Assembly: GCA_951406725.2 (NCBI GenBank)
Contig: OX597814.1
Span: forward strand, 8,990,001-9,054,000
Direction of reading: 5' to 3'
Source: Octopus vulgaris
Lineage: Eukaryota
Length of the DNA: 64,000 nt
Both the position numbers and the translations under genes were made by a program. Below the pieces are notes generated by a model. The model saw only the letters and a program-made list of their open reading frames with translations, was not told the DNA's origin and did no database searches. The first letter of the stretch is position 1. Each line of letters opens with the position of its first letter. Shown here piece after piece: positions 11,682-21,564 of the stretch.

Positions 11682-13781
11682 TTGACAGATATCAACAATG
11701 GGGACGATTCATTGATCAGAAATAAAAGCAACTTCCTACCACCAAAAGGGAGAAATAAAACACTGGACGATTTCTGTAAACACATCCAGAGTCTCCCCTT
11801 TACCCCAAGCAAAACCAAGGTAAAATCCAATTTCAGTAAGGAAGAATGGGAAAACCTACGTGACATACAACTGGATAAAAACCTCACCATCAAAGAAGCG
11901 GACAAAGGGAGTGCTGTGGTCCTTATGGACACGGAATTTTATAAACACCTAGTGTTCTCCATGCTTAACAATAACATTTTCTATGAGGTTATTAACAACT
12001 ACAAACAGCAAAAAACAATCAGAAACCTCACCACACTCATACGCCAACACGGTCAGGGACTCACAGAAAAAGAAAGGGATTATATCACCATTTTCAAATG
12101 CAAGCCCAGCCTTTTTTATGGCCTTCCTAAAATCCATAAAAACAAATACATCACCGAAGCCTGCAAACTCTCCACTGACATCCACATCAACATCAAAGCA
12201 CCGGAGGACCTAAAACTAAGGCCCATCGTGGCTGGTACCTCCTGTGAAACACACCGCCTGAGTAACTTTCTAGACATCCTTTTGAAACCTTTCCTTACCC
12301 ACATCAAAAGTTTCATTAGGGATGATCTGGACATGCTCAAACACCTCCCGAAAACAGTTAACGAGGAGGCACTCCTGGTATCCTTTGATGTCATCAACCT
12401 CTACACCAACATTCCACATGAGTATGGTATAGAGGCAATTGACTTCTGGCTAGAAAAACACCCAGAGACATTCCCTGACCGCATTAACAAGTCTTTTATT
12501 ACAGAATCTCTTAAGTTCATTCTGACAAACAATTTTTTTCTCTTCGACGACACACACTACCGTCAAAAATGTGGCATTGCGATGGGTACCAAGGCTGCAC
12601 CAGTCCTTGCGAACCTCATAATGGGTTACTTCGAACTGTCACTCTATGAAATATCAAGCCAGAAATTTGGACATGTTTTCCACACCTACCTAATGGAAAA
12701 CTGGAAAAGGTATTTAGATGATTGTTTCATCATATGGAAAGAACCTTATGAAAAACTCCTGGAATTCAAAACCATACTAAACAACATACATCCCAACATC
12801 CAATTCACTATGGAATTAAGCAAACATCATCTCCCATTCCTTGATCTCCTAATTATAAAAACACCTAAGAACCAAATCATAACAGACATCTACCACAAAC
12901 TTACAGACTCACAACAATACCTCCTCTTTAGTTCATGCCACCCAAAACACACCAAGACAAATATCCCATTCAATTTAGCTAAAAGGGTATGCACCATTGT
13001 CTCGGATCCAAAAACACGAGAAATACGCCTTCAAGACCTCAAAAAAACACTATTACAACGTCAATATCCCTCCACCCTTATAGAGTATGGAATAAAACGC
13101 GCCAAAGAACTAGACAACACTACACTGAAAACCACCCAACCTAACACCACACACAACCTCAAAATACTTCCATACATTTCCACCCACAACCCCAAAAATA
13201 TCGAAGCATACACCACAATCATACAAAACCTCAGTCTACTGTCAACAGACCCAAAAATGAAAAACATTATAAATACACACAAAATCCTCAAATGCAAAAG
13301 GCAACACAAATCTTTAAAAAAACTCTTGACAAATGCCAAACTTCACACACCACATCCACCCCCAACAGTAAAAAAATGTGCACGCTCAAACTGTGGTACC
13401 TGCCCCTTTCTACTTGAAGGCTCTGAATTTACCTTCAAACAAGGTACGAAGTTTAAAATCAAGACTAACTTCTCCTGTTCCTCCGAGAACCTTATCTACG
13501 TTCTCACATGCGCTGGTTGCCAACATAATTATGTTGGACAAACGAGTCTCCCGTTACGTAAACGAGTAACGGTGCATAAAGAACAAATAAATCTCCCGGA
13601 ATACCGACAAATTCCACTGAGTGACCACTTAGACTCATGTGCTAAAGACTTAAACCCCAAATTCTATATATTCCCCTTCTACCAATGTAAAGACGGGATC
13701 ACCACACAGGAGAGAATTAACAAGGAGAATCTCTTTATTGAAAAATTCCAAACACAACTTAATATGCAAACTCCTCGTTGA
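11682..13781 (+). CDS. PLE reverse transcriptase / GIY-YIG endonuclease; the real N-terminus lies upstream across a frameshift near 11612-11616
   Basis: Motifs IKEADKGSAVV, FYGLPKIHK, LRPIV, SFDVINLYTNIP, GIAMGT, RYLDD, LPFLD, C-x4-C-x2-C, NLIYVLTC..YVGQT..LRKR..H; upstream frame reads IINLSSKTLT..ILARGLKFTPTP. Confidence 0.93.
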   Translation: MTDINNGDDSLIRNKSNFLPPKGRNKTLDDFCKHIQSLPFTPSKTKVKSNFSKEEWENLRDIQLDKNLTIKEADKGSAVVLMDTEFYKHLVFSMLNNNIFYEVINNYKQQKTIRNLTTLIRQHGQGLTEKERDYITIFKCKPSLFYGLPKIHKNKYITEACKLSTDIHINIKAPEDLKLRPIVAGTSCETHRLSNFLDILLKPFLTHIKSFIRDDLDMLKHLPKTVNEEALLVSFDVINLYTNIPHEYGIEAIDFWLEKHPETFPDRINKSFITESLKFILTNNFFLFDDTHYRQKCGIAMGTKAAPVLANLIMGYFELSLYEISSQKFGHVFHTYLMENWKRYLDDCFIIWKEPYEKLLEFKTILNNIHPNIQFTMELSKHHLPFLDLLIIKTPKNQIITDIYHKLTDSQQYLLFSSCHPKHTKTNIPFNLAKRVCTIVSDPKTREIRLQDLKKTLLQRQYPSTLIEYGIKRAKELDNTTLKTTQPNTTHNLKILPYISTHNPKNIEAYTTIIQNLSLLSTDPKMKNIINTHKILKCKRQHKSLKKLLTNAKLHTPHPPPTVKKCARSNCGTCPFLLEGSEFTFKQGTKFKIKTNFSCSSENLIYVLTCAGCQHNYVGQTSLPLRKRVTVHKEQINLPEYRQIPLSDHLDSCAKDLNPKFYIFPFYQCKDGITTQERINKENLFIEKFQTQLNMQTPR

Positions 13782-14414
13782 TCAAACTTCCTTTCTCTAC
13801 CTCACTCTTCATGGATGGACTAACACAAATATATAAAGATACCATGCATTCATCACTTCAAGCTAAAACTTATATTCTTTAAATATCATTTTTACTATTG
13901 TTGTTATTACTATCATTTTTATTATAAATGATATGAGAATTTGAAATGCAATTGTCTATGCAGATTTATATTATTAGAAAATAATATAAATAAAGTGTTA
14001 AAATCTGAAAGTTAAGTTATCAAGCAATTATATAAAAAAGATAATGCAAATGAAGCTAAAATGATAGTTTTATAATTTGGGTTTTATTGAAGAACTCAAA
14101 AGAGTTGTCTCCCCTTACTCACAACACAGGAACTGAAGAACCAGGACCACAATTACTACTACTTCCTGTCCTGCAAACATGCTGAATTTAACAACACAAC
14201 ACAACACATGCTCTTAATCCCTTTGGATCTTAACACCTCAAGGTAATTTTTTCGTAAACAACCATAAAACTCAAGATACACAACGAACTCGCAATATATC
14301 GGAGAACTTATTTTTTAATTTTTGTACATTTTTATCATTATTCTTTTACAAAAAACAATGCAATTCCCCTTTTTTCCCCTTTCTAATTTTTAAAAAAACT
14401 TCTTAAAACATAAA

Positions 14415-14455
14415 TATTCTTGACAAGTCATACAATGACGAAAACCGGTTGAATA
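14415..14455 (+). ncRNA. Variant minimal hammerhead-like motif in PLE 3'UTR
   Basis: tattc-TTGACAA-gtca-tacaa-tgac-GAAA-accggtt-gaata: stem I tattc/gaata, stem II gtca/tgac, palindromic stem III, non-canonical core. Confidence 0.55.
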
Positions 14456-14560
14456 AACATATATTTATATATTTTATCAATTTCTCATTTTATTAAAATT
14501 TTCTTTCATTTGAGCATTCTGCATTTTTAAAAAAATTTTTCCTTCCTTATGCATATATAT

Positions 14561-14640
<80 letters not shown>

Positions 14641-14644
14641 TTAT

Positions 14645-15197
14645 ACATCATCATCATCATCATCATCATCGTTTAGCGTCCGTTTTCCATGCTAGCATGG
14701 GTTGGACGGTTCTACTGGGGTCTGTGAAGCCAGCAGGCTTCATCAGGCTCAATCAAATCTGGCAGTGTTTCTACGGCTGGATGCCCTTCCTAACGCCAAC
14801 CACTCCGTGAGTGTAGTGGGTGCTTTTTACGTGCCACCCGCACAGGTGCCAGACAGTGCTGGCAAACGGCCACGAACGGATGGTGCTTTTTATGTGTCAC
14901 CGGCACAAGGGCCAGGCGAGGCTGGCAACGGACACGAAACGGGGCGGTGCTGGCAACGGTCGCGAAACGGAAGGTTCTCTTACATGCCACCGGCACTGGT
15001 AACACATCTGCAATTTCCATTGATCGATTTCCATTCTGATCCTCACTTGCCTCAACGGGTCTTCACAAGTAGAGTATCGACATGCCACCGGCACTGGTAA
15101 CACATCTGCAATTTCCATTGATCGATTTTGATTCTGATCCTCACTTGCCTCAACAGGTCTTCACAAGTAGAGTTTTGTGTCCCAAGAAGGGAAGGTA
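14645..15197 (-). mobile_element. RTE 3'-UTR fragment with internal duplication of about 110 bp
   Basis: Same terminus as other RTE copies; catgccaccggcactggtaacacatctgc...tcttcacaagtagagt occurs twice. Confidence 0.85.
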
Positions 15198-16487
15198 TAC
15201 GTCCACTGATATTTAAATATATATATATAGGTACTGCGAATGTTTACATACACATCAAACGTGAATGTATATATGTTTGTTGTTACACAGGAGTATACAT
15301 ATGGATGTGTAGATGTGAATATAATTTTCCTAGTTTGTTGGTGAGAGATTAAATAGGAATATAATGGTAATGTAACAATATTAGACTTCTTACGATGTGA
15401 TGTTATCTGTATAAGTTATAAGGTGTTATTTTGATTATATATCTTAGAATATTAGCATATTTTGACTTTTTACAATTAATTTCTTATAATTTAATTAATA
15501 AAAACCTCTGTTAACTTAGTATATATGTATTTATACGTCTTTTGATAGACAAACATAAACGGGTATTTTGTATTTTATAATTTAGTAAATATTTGAATAG
15601 AAACATAGTGGTAATGATATAGACATTTTTAGTTCTAAGATATTTTGTTTACGAAAAATACGGTGTTATTTTAATTATGTACCTTATGATAAATTACATT
15701 CTCCATCTAGGTATAATTATATGTATGATTGCATATACGGATTTATGGACATATGTGAGTGGATCTGTTTGTAAGCATTTATGTGTGTGTATAGGTGGGA
15801 TAGTACCTCTTATGTTATTTATGATTTGGTTGTGTATGTGGGTATGTGTGTGTGTGTGTGTAAACATGTGACTATGTCTGTATGTGCGCACGTTTGTGAG
15901 TGTACGTGTGTATGTTTCCTAGCTAACTAACCATAAAATATCTATTGTAATTCAAATTTAAAAGTATAGGCCAATTGAATGCATCTGTGGAAATTAATAC
16001 CATGTAAACAGAAGAATTTGACTGATTGCATATATATGCAGATATCTATTTGCCTTGAATAATACTATGGTGGTATTTATTGGTCTTCAGTGTTGCTACT
16101 ATATTGTTAATTGTGCGATATATGTATTGTTTTATTAGTAATGATGTTATTAGTAGTAAGAATATTGATATTGATAACATTATTGTTATTGATAACGGTA
16201 TTGGTATTAACATTATTGACTTTTTGTAAAGTAACACAAATTAATATAATGAACTGTTTACTATATATGTCTGCATTAAGTATGAATATATCTGTTGCAA
16301 TTTCTTAATATTGGTTGAGGAACTGTAACATTCAATATAGAACATTATTATGTTTATTGATATATATTGATTTGTATTATTTATATTATTATGTATATGT
16401 ATATGTGTATATATATAAGGATATGAGTATATATGCACTCATATTTATATGTAAATGATTTTTGGGTATGTACTCATACTTACATTA

Positions 16488-16605
16488 GAATCTCCGAAGA
16501 GGCCGTAAGATATTTTTGTTAATGTCTCATTTATACCTGCAATATATGGCTAATATAGGTTAAATGAGACATACTTATCTGCATGGCCGAAACAGCTGTC
16601 AGTTA
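16488..16605 (+). ncRNA. Hammerhead-like motif with long stem II (end of a non-coding PLE remnant at about 15230-16795)
   Basis: CCGAAGA-ggcc...ggcc-GAAAC-agct-GTC; internal 12-bp hairpin atgtctcattta/taaatgagacat; one core substitution versus CUGANGA and a weak stem I. Confidence 0.65.
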
Positions 16606-16949
16606 TAATGTATATGTATTTTTATATCTTTTTATATTTATTTAGTTATATCTCATTATAATGATTGTAATTATTGTACTGTATTAATGTCTAATCTTAA
16701 TGCTCTTGTGTAGTGTTTTAATAAAGTATGTGATTCGGTATTATCTGATAGTTGATGAATGATTTAGATATATTTCTCCATTTTCTTATTTTGTATATAT
16801 ATATGTGTATATATATATATATAATTAATTAATAAGGGTGAGAGAATTAGATACTAATTTAATAGTATATTTATTCAACACCAAGTGGCCTAGTGCTCCG
16901 AGAAACCTGGATTATTATAATATTTTATAACATATTATAATATTTTTAC

Positions 16950-17409
16950 AAAATAAATATAAGAGAGTGGTCACTATATTGCTCACTCTAGCACCAGTTA
17001 ATCCAAAAGGTTTCAACCACGAAAATACATGTTTCCCATGAAAGTCAGTACGATTGTTAGCTCACACGGACAGGGCAAATAAAAAATAACAAAAATACAG
17101 ATTATTTTGGGACAATTGTTTCGCTATTAATGAATTAAATGTAATTTTACTTACAAAAAAAATCCATTTGTAGCTCGTCAGCCAAAACTAGCTACAAATG
17201 GATTTTTTTTGTAAGTAAAATTACATTTAATTCATTAATAGCGAAACAATTGTCCCAAAATAATCTGTATTTTTGTTATTTTTTATTTGCCCTGTCCGTG
17301 TGAGCTAACAATCGTACTGACTTTCATGGGAAACATGTATTTTCGTGGTTGAAACCTTTTGGATTAACTGGTGCTAGAGTGAGCAATATAGTGACCACTC
17401 TCTTATATT

Positions 17410-17415
<6 letters not shown>
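16950..17415. repeat. Long palindrome, 225-bp arms with 16-nt spacer
   Basis: 16950-17174 is the reverse complement of 17191-17415; spacer tcgtcagccaaaacta. Confidence 0.95.
17105..17187 (-). ncRNA. Canonical type I hammerhead ribozyme motif
   Basis: Minus strand: ttttgg-CTGACGA-gcta-(44 nt)-tagc-GAAAC-aatt-GTC-ccaaaa; all core positions present; predicted cut between 17111 and 17110. Confidence 0.85.
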
Positions 17416-17467
<52 letters not shown>

Positions 17468-17564
17468 GTATGTATATATATATAACGTCAATCCAAACAT
17501 GAAAACACAGCAACGCGAGGATGTGGAACAAGTATAGTTCAGGAAAGGAAAGAAAGAAAGAGGA

Positions 17565-17598
17565 TTTAACGTTTCGAGCGGAGCTCTTCGTCAGAAAC
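17565..17598 (-). ncRNA. Minimal PLE-type hammerhead motif
   Basis: ttt-CTGACGA-a-gagc-tcc-gctc-GAAACGTT-aaa; palindromic AACGTT in place of stem III. Confidence 0.75.
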
Positions 17599-17949
17599 AG
17601 AAAGAGGAAAGGTCCAAGGAAGGGAAGATGGAGAAAGAAAATCGCTAATGATATACATGCGGTCACATATTGACTGACCAGAAGGGAATGGGTGAAGAAA
17701 AAGTTCTTTCAAAGACAGGAGAGTACAAGAGAAGGAGGTATGTGTGGGTATGTGCATGCGTGCAGATCTGTGTGTGTGTGTGTGAGTGTAATGATAGTGT
17801 GTGTGTGGCTGTGGCTGTGGCTTTTTATCTATGTGTGGTGGGCTTTGTATAGTTTAAGGTCATAAGAAGAATTTATAGTAGGTGTGGCTGCCTGTTGTGT
17901 GTCTACCTACACATGTGCTTAGGAGAATGGTCAGTGAAAGGTACTGGTA

Positions 17950-19110
17950 GTTAGAAGTATGTGTGTGTGCGTGTATGTATATGTAGTGTGTGTGTGTTTT
18001 GTTTGCAGTGTGTGTAGGTATGTATATGTGTGTATGAGTGTATGCGTAGGGGTTGTGTGTGGGGAGTAAATGTACTTTACTCTGTGTGTGTGTGTGCTTG
18101 TATGTGCGTTGTATACATGAATGTATAATTGTATGTGTGTATATATTAGTGTGTGCTCTGTGTGTATGGGAGGTATGTGTGGGTTCATTTGCGTGTGCGT
18201 GTGTGTATGTATGTGCATGTAGTTGTGTGTGCAGGTATGTGTGTGTGCATGTGTGGGTATGTAGGTGTATATACGTGTATGTGTGGGGTTGTGAGTGTTA
18301 GGTAAGTGTGCATTCATGTGCGTGTGTACATGCGTATGTGTGCACATGCTTGTGCATTCATGTGTGTGTGTCTGTGTCTATATGTGTATGCCTATGTGTA
18401 TGCGTCTGTGTGTGAATGCATATATTGTCAATGTATGTGTATGTGAATTTGTGGGTGTTTGGGGTTTGTGTAGGTGTAATGTGCGTACCTGTGTGTATGC
18501 ACGTGCGTGTGCTTGTATGCATGTGCTTACATGTATGTATGTGTATGTGCGTGTGTGTTTGTGCCCATGTGTGTATAATTGTGTGTATGTGTATTGTGTG
18601 TATGGACGTATATGTGCAAATCTGTGCTAGTGTGTGTGTGTGTACATACATGTGTATATGTGTGTGCGTGTGTGTATGTGCATGAGTGCATGTGTATATG
18701 TGCGTGCGTGTGTATATGTGTATGTGAACATGGAAATGTGTGTCGGGTTGTGTGCATTTTTTGTGTGTATGTGCGTGTGCTTGAGTATGTGGTTGTATGT
18801 GGTTGTGTGTACGTTTATATGTGTGTGTGTATAAAGGTATGTGTCTGTGTGTGCGTGGGGTTGTGTGGGATAAGTATCTGTGCATTCCTGTGCATGTGTA
18901 TGTGTGTGTGTACGTTTGTGCACATGTGTGTGTGTACGCGCATATGTGTGTGTGCACGTGGGTCTATGTGGGTGTGTGTGTATGTATGTGTGTGTGGAAG
19001 TATGTGTGTGTATATGTGCATGTATGTATGTTGTATGTGTGTGGTGTGTGGGAGGTATATGTGCATTCATGGATATGTACGTATGTGTATGTATGTGTGC
19101 GTGTATATAG
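17950..19110. repeat. Degenerate (TG)n/(TATG)n low-complexity tract
   Basis: Directly visible; source of many spurious H/T and C/V ORFs. Confidence 0.9.
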
Positions 19111-19674
19111 AAATAAAAACAATAATTTATAAAAATAATAAATTATAAACAACAAAAAACAAAAATTATAAAAACAATAAAATATAAAAAAGGTTGAAAG
19201 GAGATAAGGAAGTTAATGCAATGTAAAGGCACAATTACAAGTAAAAAAGAAGAATGAGAAAAGAAATTAAGTTGCTTGTTGCGGGAGGTGTAGAGGCAGT
19301 CACTAGGAGGAGGGGTTGTGTTTAGTCCGTGGGGGATAGTTGTCTTTAAATTAAAGATATGGTGCTGTTCCAAGCGGAGTCTTGAGTGTGGGGATCCGTG
19401 GTGTACAGCAAGGCCAAAGACAGAGATGTTAGAGGGGGAATGGTTGGTCAAGCAGAAGTGACGGGCGACGGGAGTGTTCAAACATAGCCGAACATCCCTT
19501 AAGTGTTTGGTGAACCGGTCAGCCAGTTGGTGGCCCGTCTGACCTACATAGAGTTTCCCACAGAGGTTGCATTTAATGTAGTATTTGAGGCTAGAAGAAG
19601 TACAAGAAAAGGAAATTCTAATGTGCACAGTTTGCTGGTTAGAACCTGTGATAGAAGACCGCTTTACCGGTCAC

Positions 19675-20578
19675 TCTTTGCAAAACCTGTCCCTGTTTGG
19701 ATTATCCTTGTACAGAGCCCATCTGGGCTCCCATTTGCGCCATGAACAGGGATTAATATTCTCTCTTCGCTCCTTTGCATCACATGGGCTCAACTCTCCT
19801 CCCCTCTTTCTCTAACCTCTTCCCCTCCCTCCTACTCCCTCCCACCCACCTCTCTTGCTCTGACTCCTACTTCACTTCACTCCTACTCTCTTTCTCTCTT
19901 CTCTCATACCAATCTTCCCCTTCCCCCTTCATCGTCAACCCTCCCCCATAAGTCCACCCCACCCCTACATATTCCTATCCCACCTTCCCTATCCTTCCTA
20001 TCCCATCCCTTACACCCTCTCCCACATACCCTCTGCCTACCCACATACCCCAACTCTGCCCCAACCCTCAGCCTAACCCACACCCCACCTGCGCTTTCCC
20101 CACTATTGCCTTCCCCACCTCCCAACACCATCATACCACACAACACATCACATCACAACACACCACCACACACACACCAGCACTGACCAATTCCCATCCC
20201 CACACTTTCACACCTACACATACACACACACACACACACGTCAAGATCACCAGCCCTCTTTCACATGCACATACGTACTCTCTTACAGACACGCGCACCT
20301 TCGTTTTAGGATCACTACTATTTTGTTATCTCCCTTACTTCTTAGCTCTCATGTCTGACCCTTCTGTCCAGCATTCGCCATGATAGATCGGTAGCCATTA
20401 CACACATTTTTTGTCTCTCCTTATTTCTCTCCTTGTTTCTTTCTCTGTTTCTTTCAGTGGAAGAGCGCAGGCTCGAAACGTTAAAGACTTTTTCACTTCC
20501 CGAGTGTTATACTAATACATCTGTTTGTTTTCTACACCACCTGTCTTCGTCTTTTGTTTTTTTCGCAAACTCTCCCTA
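19675..20578 (+). mobile_element. PLE 3' fragment from a different family
   Basis: LQNLSLFGLSL..LRHEQGLIFSLRSFASHGLNS matches the GIY-YIG C-terminus; pyrimidine/CA-rich UTR; hammerhead-like motif at 20451. Confidence 0.7.
20451..20487 (+). ncRNA. Degenerate minimal hammerhead-like motif
   Basis: cttt-CAGTGGA-a-gagc-gcag-gctc-GAAACGTT-aaag; stems intact, core mutated. Confidence 0.55.
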
Positions 20579-20599
20579 TATATATATATATATATAATC

Positions 20600-20970
20600 A
20601 CAGGAGTGGCTGTGTGGTAAGTAACTTGCTTAACAACCACATGGTTCCGGGTTCAGTCCCACTGCATGGCATCTTGGGCAAATGTCTTCTGCTATAGCCT
20701 CGGGCAGAGTGGATTTGGTAGACGGAAACTTAAAGAAGCCTGTCGTATATATGTATATATGTATATGTTTGTGTGTCTGTGTTTGTCTCCCTAACATTGC
20801 TTGACAACCAATGCTGGTGTGTTTACATCCCCGTCACTTAGTGGTTTGGCAAAAGAGACCGATAGAATAAGTACTGGGCTTACAAAGAATAAGTCCCGGG
20901 GTCGATTTGCTTGACTAAAGGCAGTGCTCCAGCATGGCCACAGTCAAAGGACTGAAACAAGTAAAAGAGA
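20600..20970 (+). mobile_element. tRNA-derived SINE (type A)
   Basis: A-box-like tggctgtgtggta, B-box-like gggttcagtccc, body with internal (TG)n, A-rich end. Confidence 0.8.
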
Positions 20971-20994
20971 AAGAGAGAGAGATATATACACACA

Positions 20995-21510
20995 TACAAT
21001 AACCACAAAGAATGTACAGAATCTAGACTGTCTGTCAAATGGCTGGTGGGGATCCTTAGAAGTAGTAGATAGTTTCCATTACAGTGGCAACCAAGTGGAG
21101 GAGGAAATTCTAAAAGCATGGTTGCTAGAATAAGAACAGGCTGGTCAAAGTTCAGAGAGCTGCTACCTCAGGGTGAAAGATAGACTGTATGATACTTATG
21201 AATGTACTGCTATGTTACTTAGCAGTGAGACCTAGTCTGTGACTGCAGATGACATGCAAGTGTTTGAAAGAAATGAAACCAGTATTTTCCACCAGACAGG
21301 GAAGAGGAAGTGGAAATGATTTAAGAGAAAAATTGAGTGTAAGAGGCATCAGTTGTAGTTTGTAAGAGAGATGACTGTTCTGGAATGGTCATGTAGTGTG
21401 TAATGGATGAAAACAGCTACATATAGAAGTGCTGATCTCTGATTGTGGATGGCACCTGTAGAAGGGGCAGACACAGGAAGATGTGGGACAAAGTGGTGAG
21501 AAAAGAACTT
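20995..21510 (+). mobile_element. Degenerate RTE fragment
   Basis: ttagaagtagtagatagtttcc..gttgctagaataagaacaggctggtcaaagttcagagagc matches neighbouring RTE copies. Confidence 0.75.
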
Positions 21511-21564
21511 TTAGAAGAGCCATTTTTTTTTTAGAAGCTCATTTTCTTAGAATTCTTATTTATG

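Larger units (their letters stand above)
9810..14550 (+). mobile_element. Penelope-like retroelement with inverted terminal duplication
   Basis: RT plus GIY-YIG ORF, AT-rich 3'UTR with a hammerhead-like motif, about 1.18-kb inverted repeat, flanked by (TA)n tracts. Confidence 0.93.
17480..19600 (-). mobile_element. PLE 3' fragment (GIY-YIG, long CA-rich 3'UTR, hammerhead)
   Basis: ORF 19143..19628: YYIKCNLCGKLYVGQTG..LADRF.KH..PVARHF..RLRLEQ..I..L.T..PHGLN; hammerhead at the distal end. Confidence 0.8.

Noticed and set aside
17931-19155. His/Thr- or Cys/Val-rich proteins (also 9401-9907, 25075-26252, 49317-50332)
   Set aside because: Translations of microsatellites; no coding signal.
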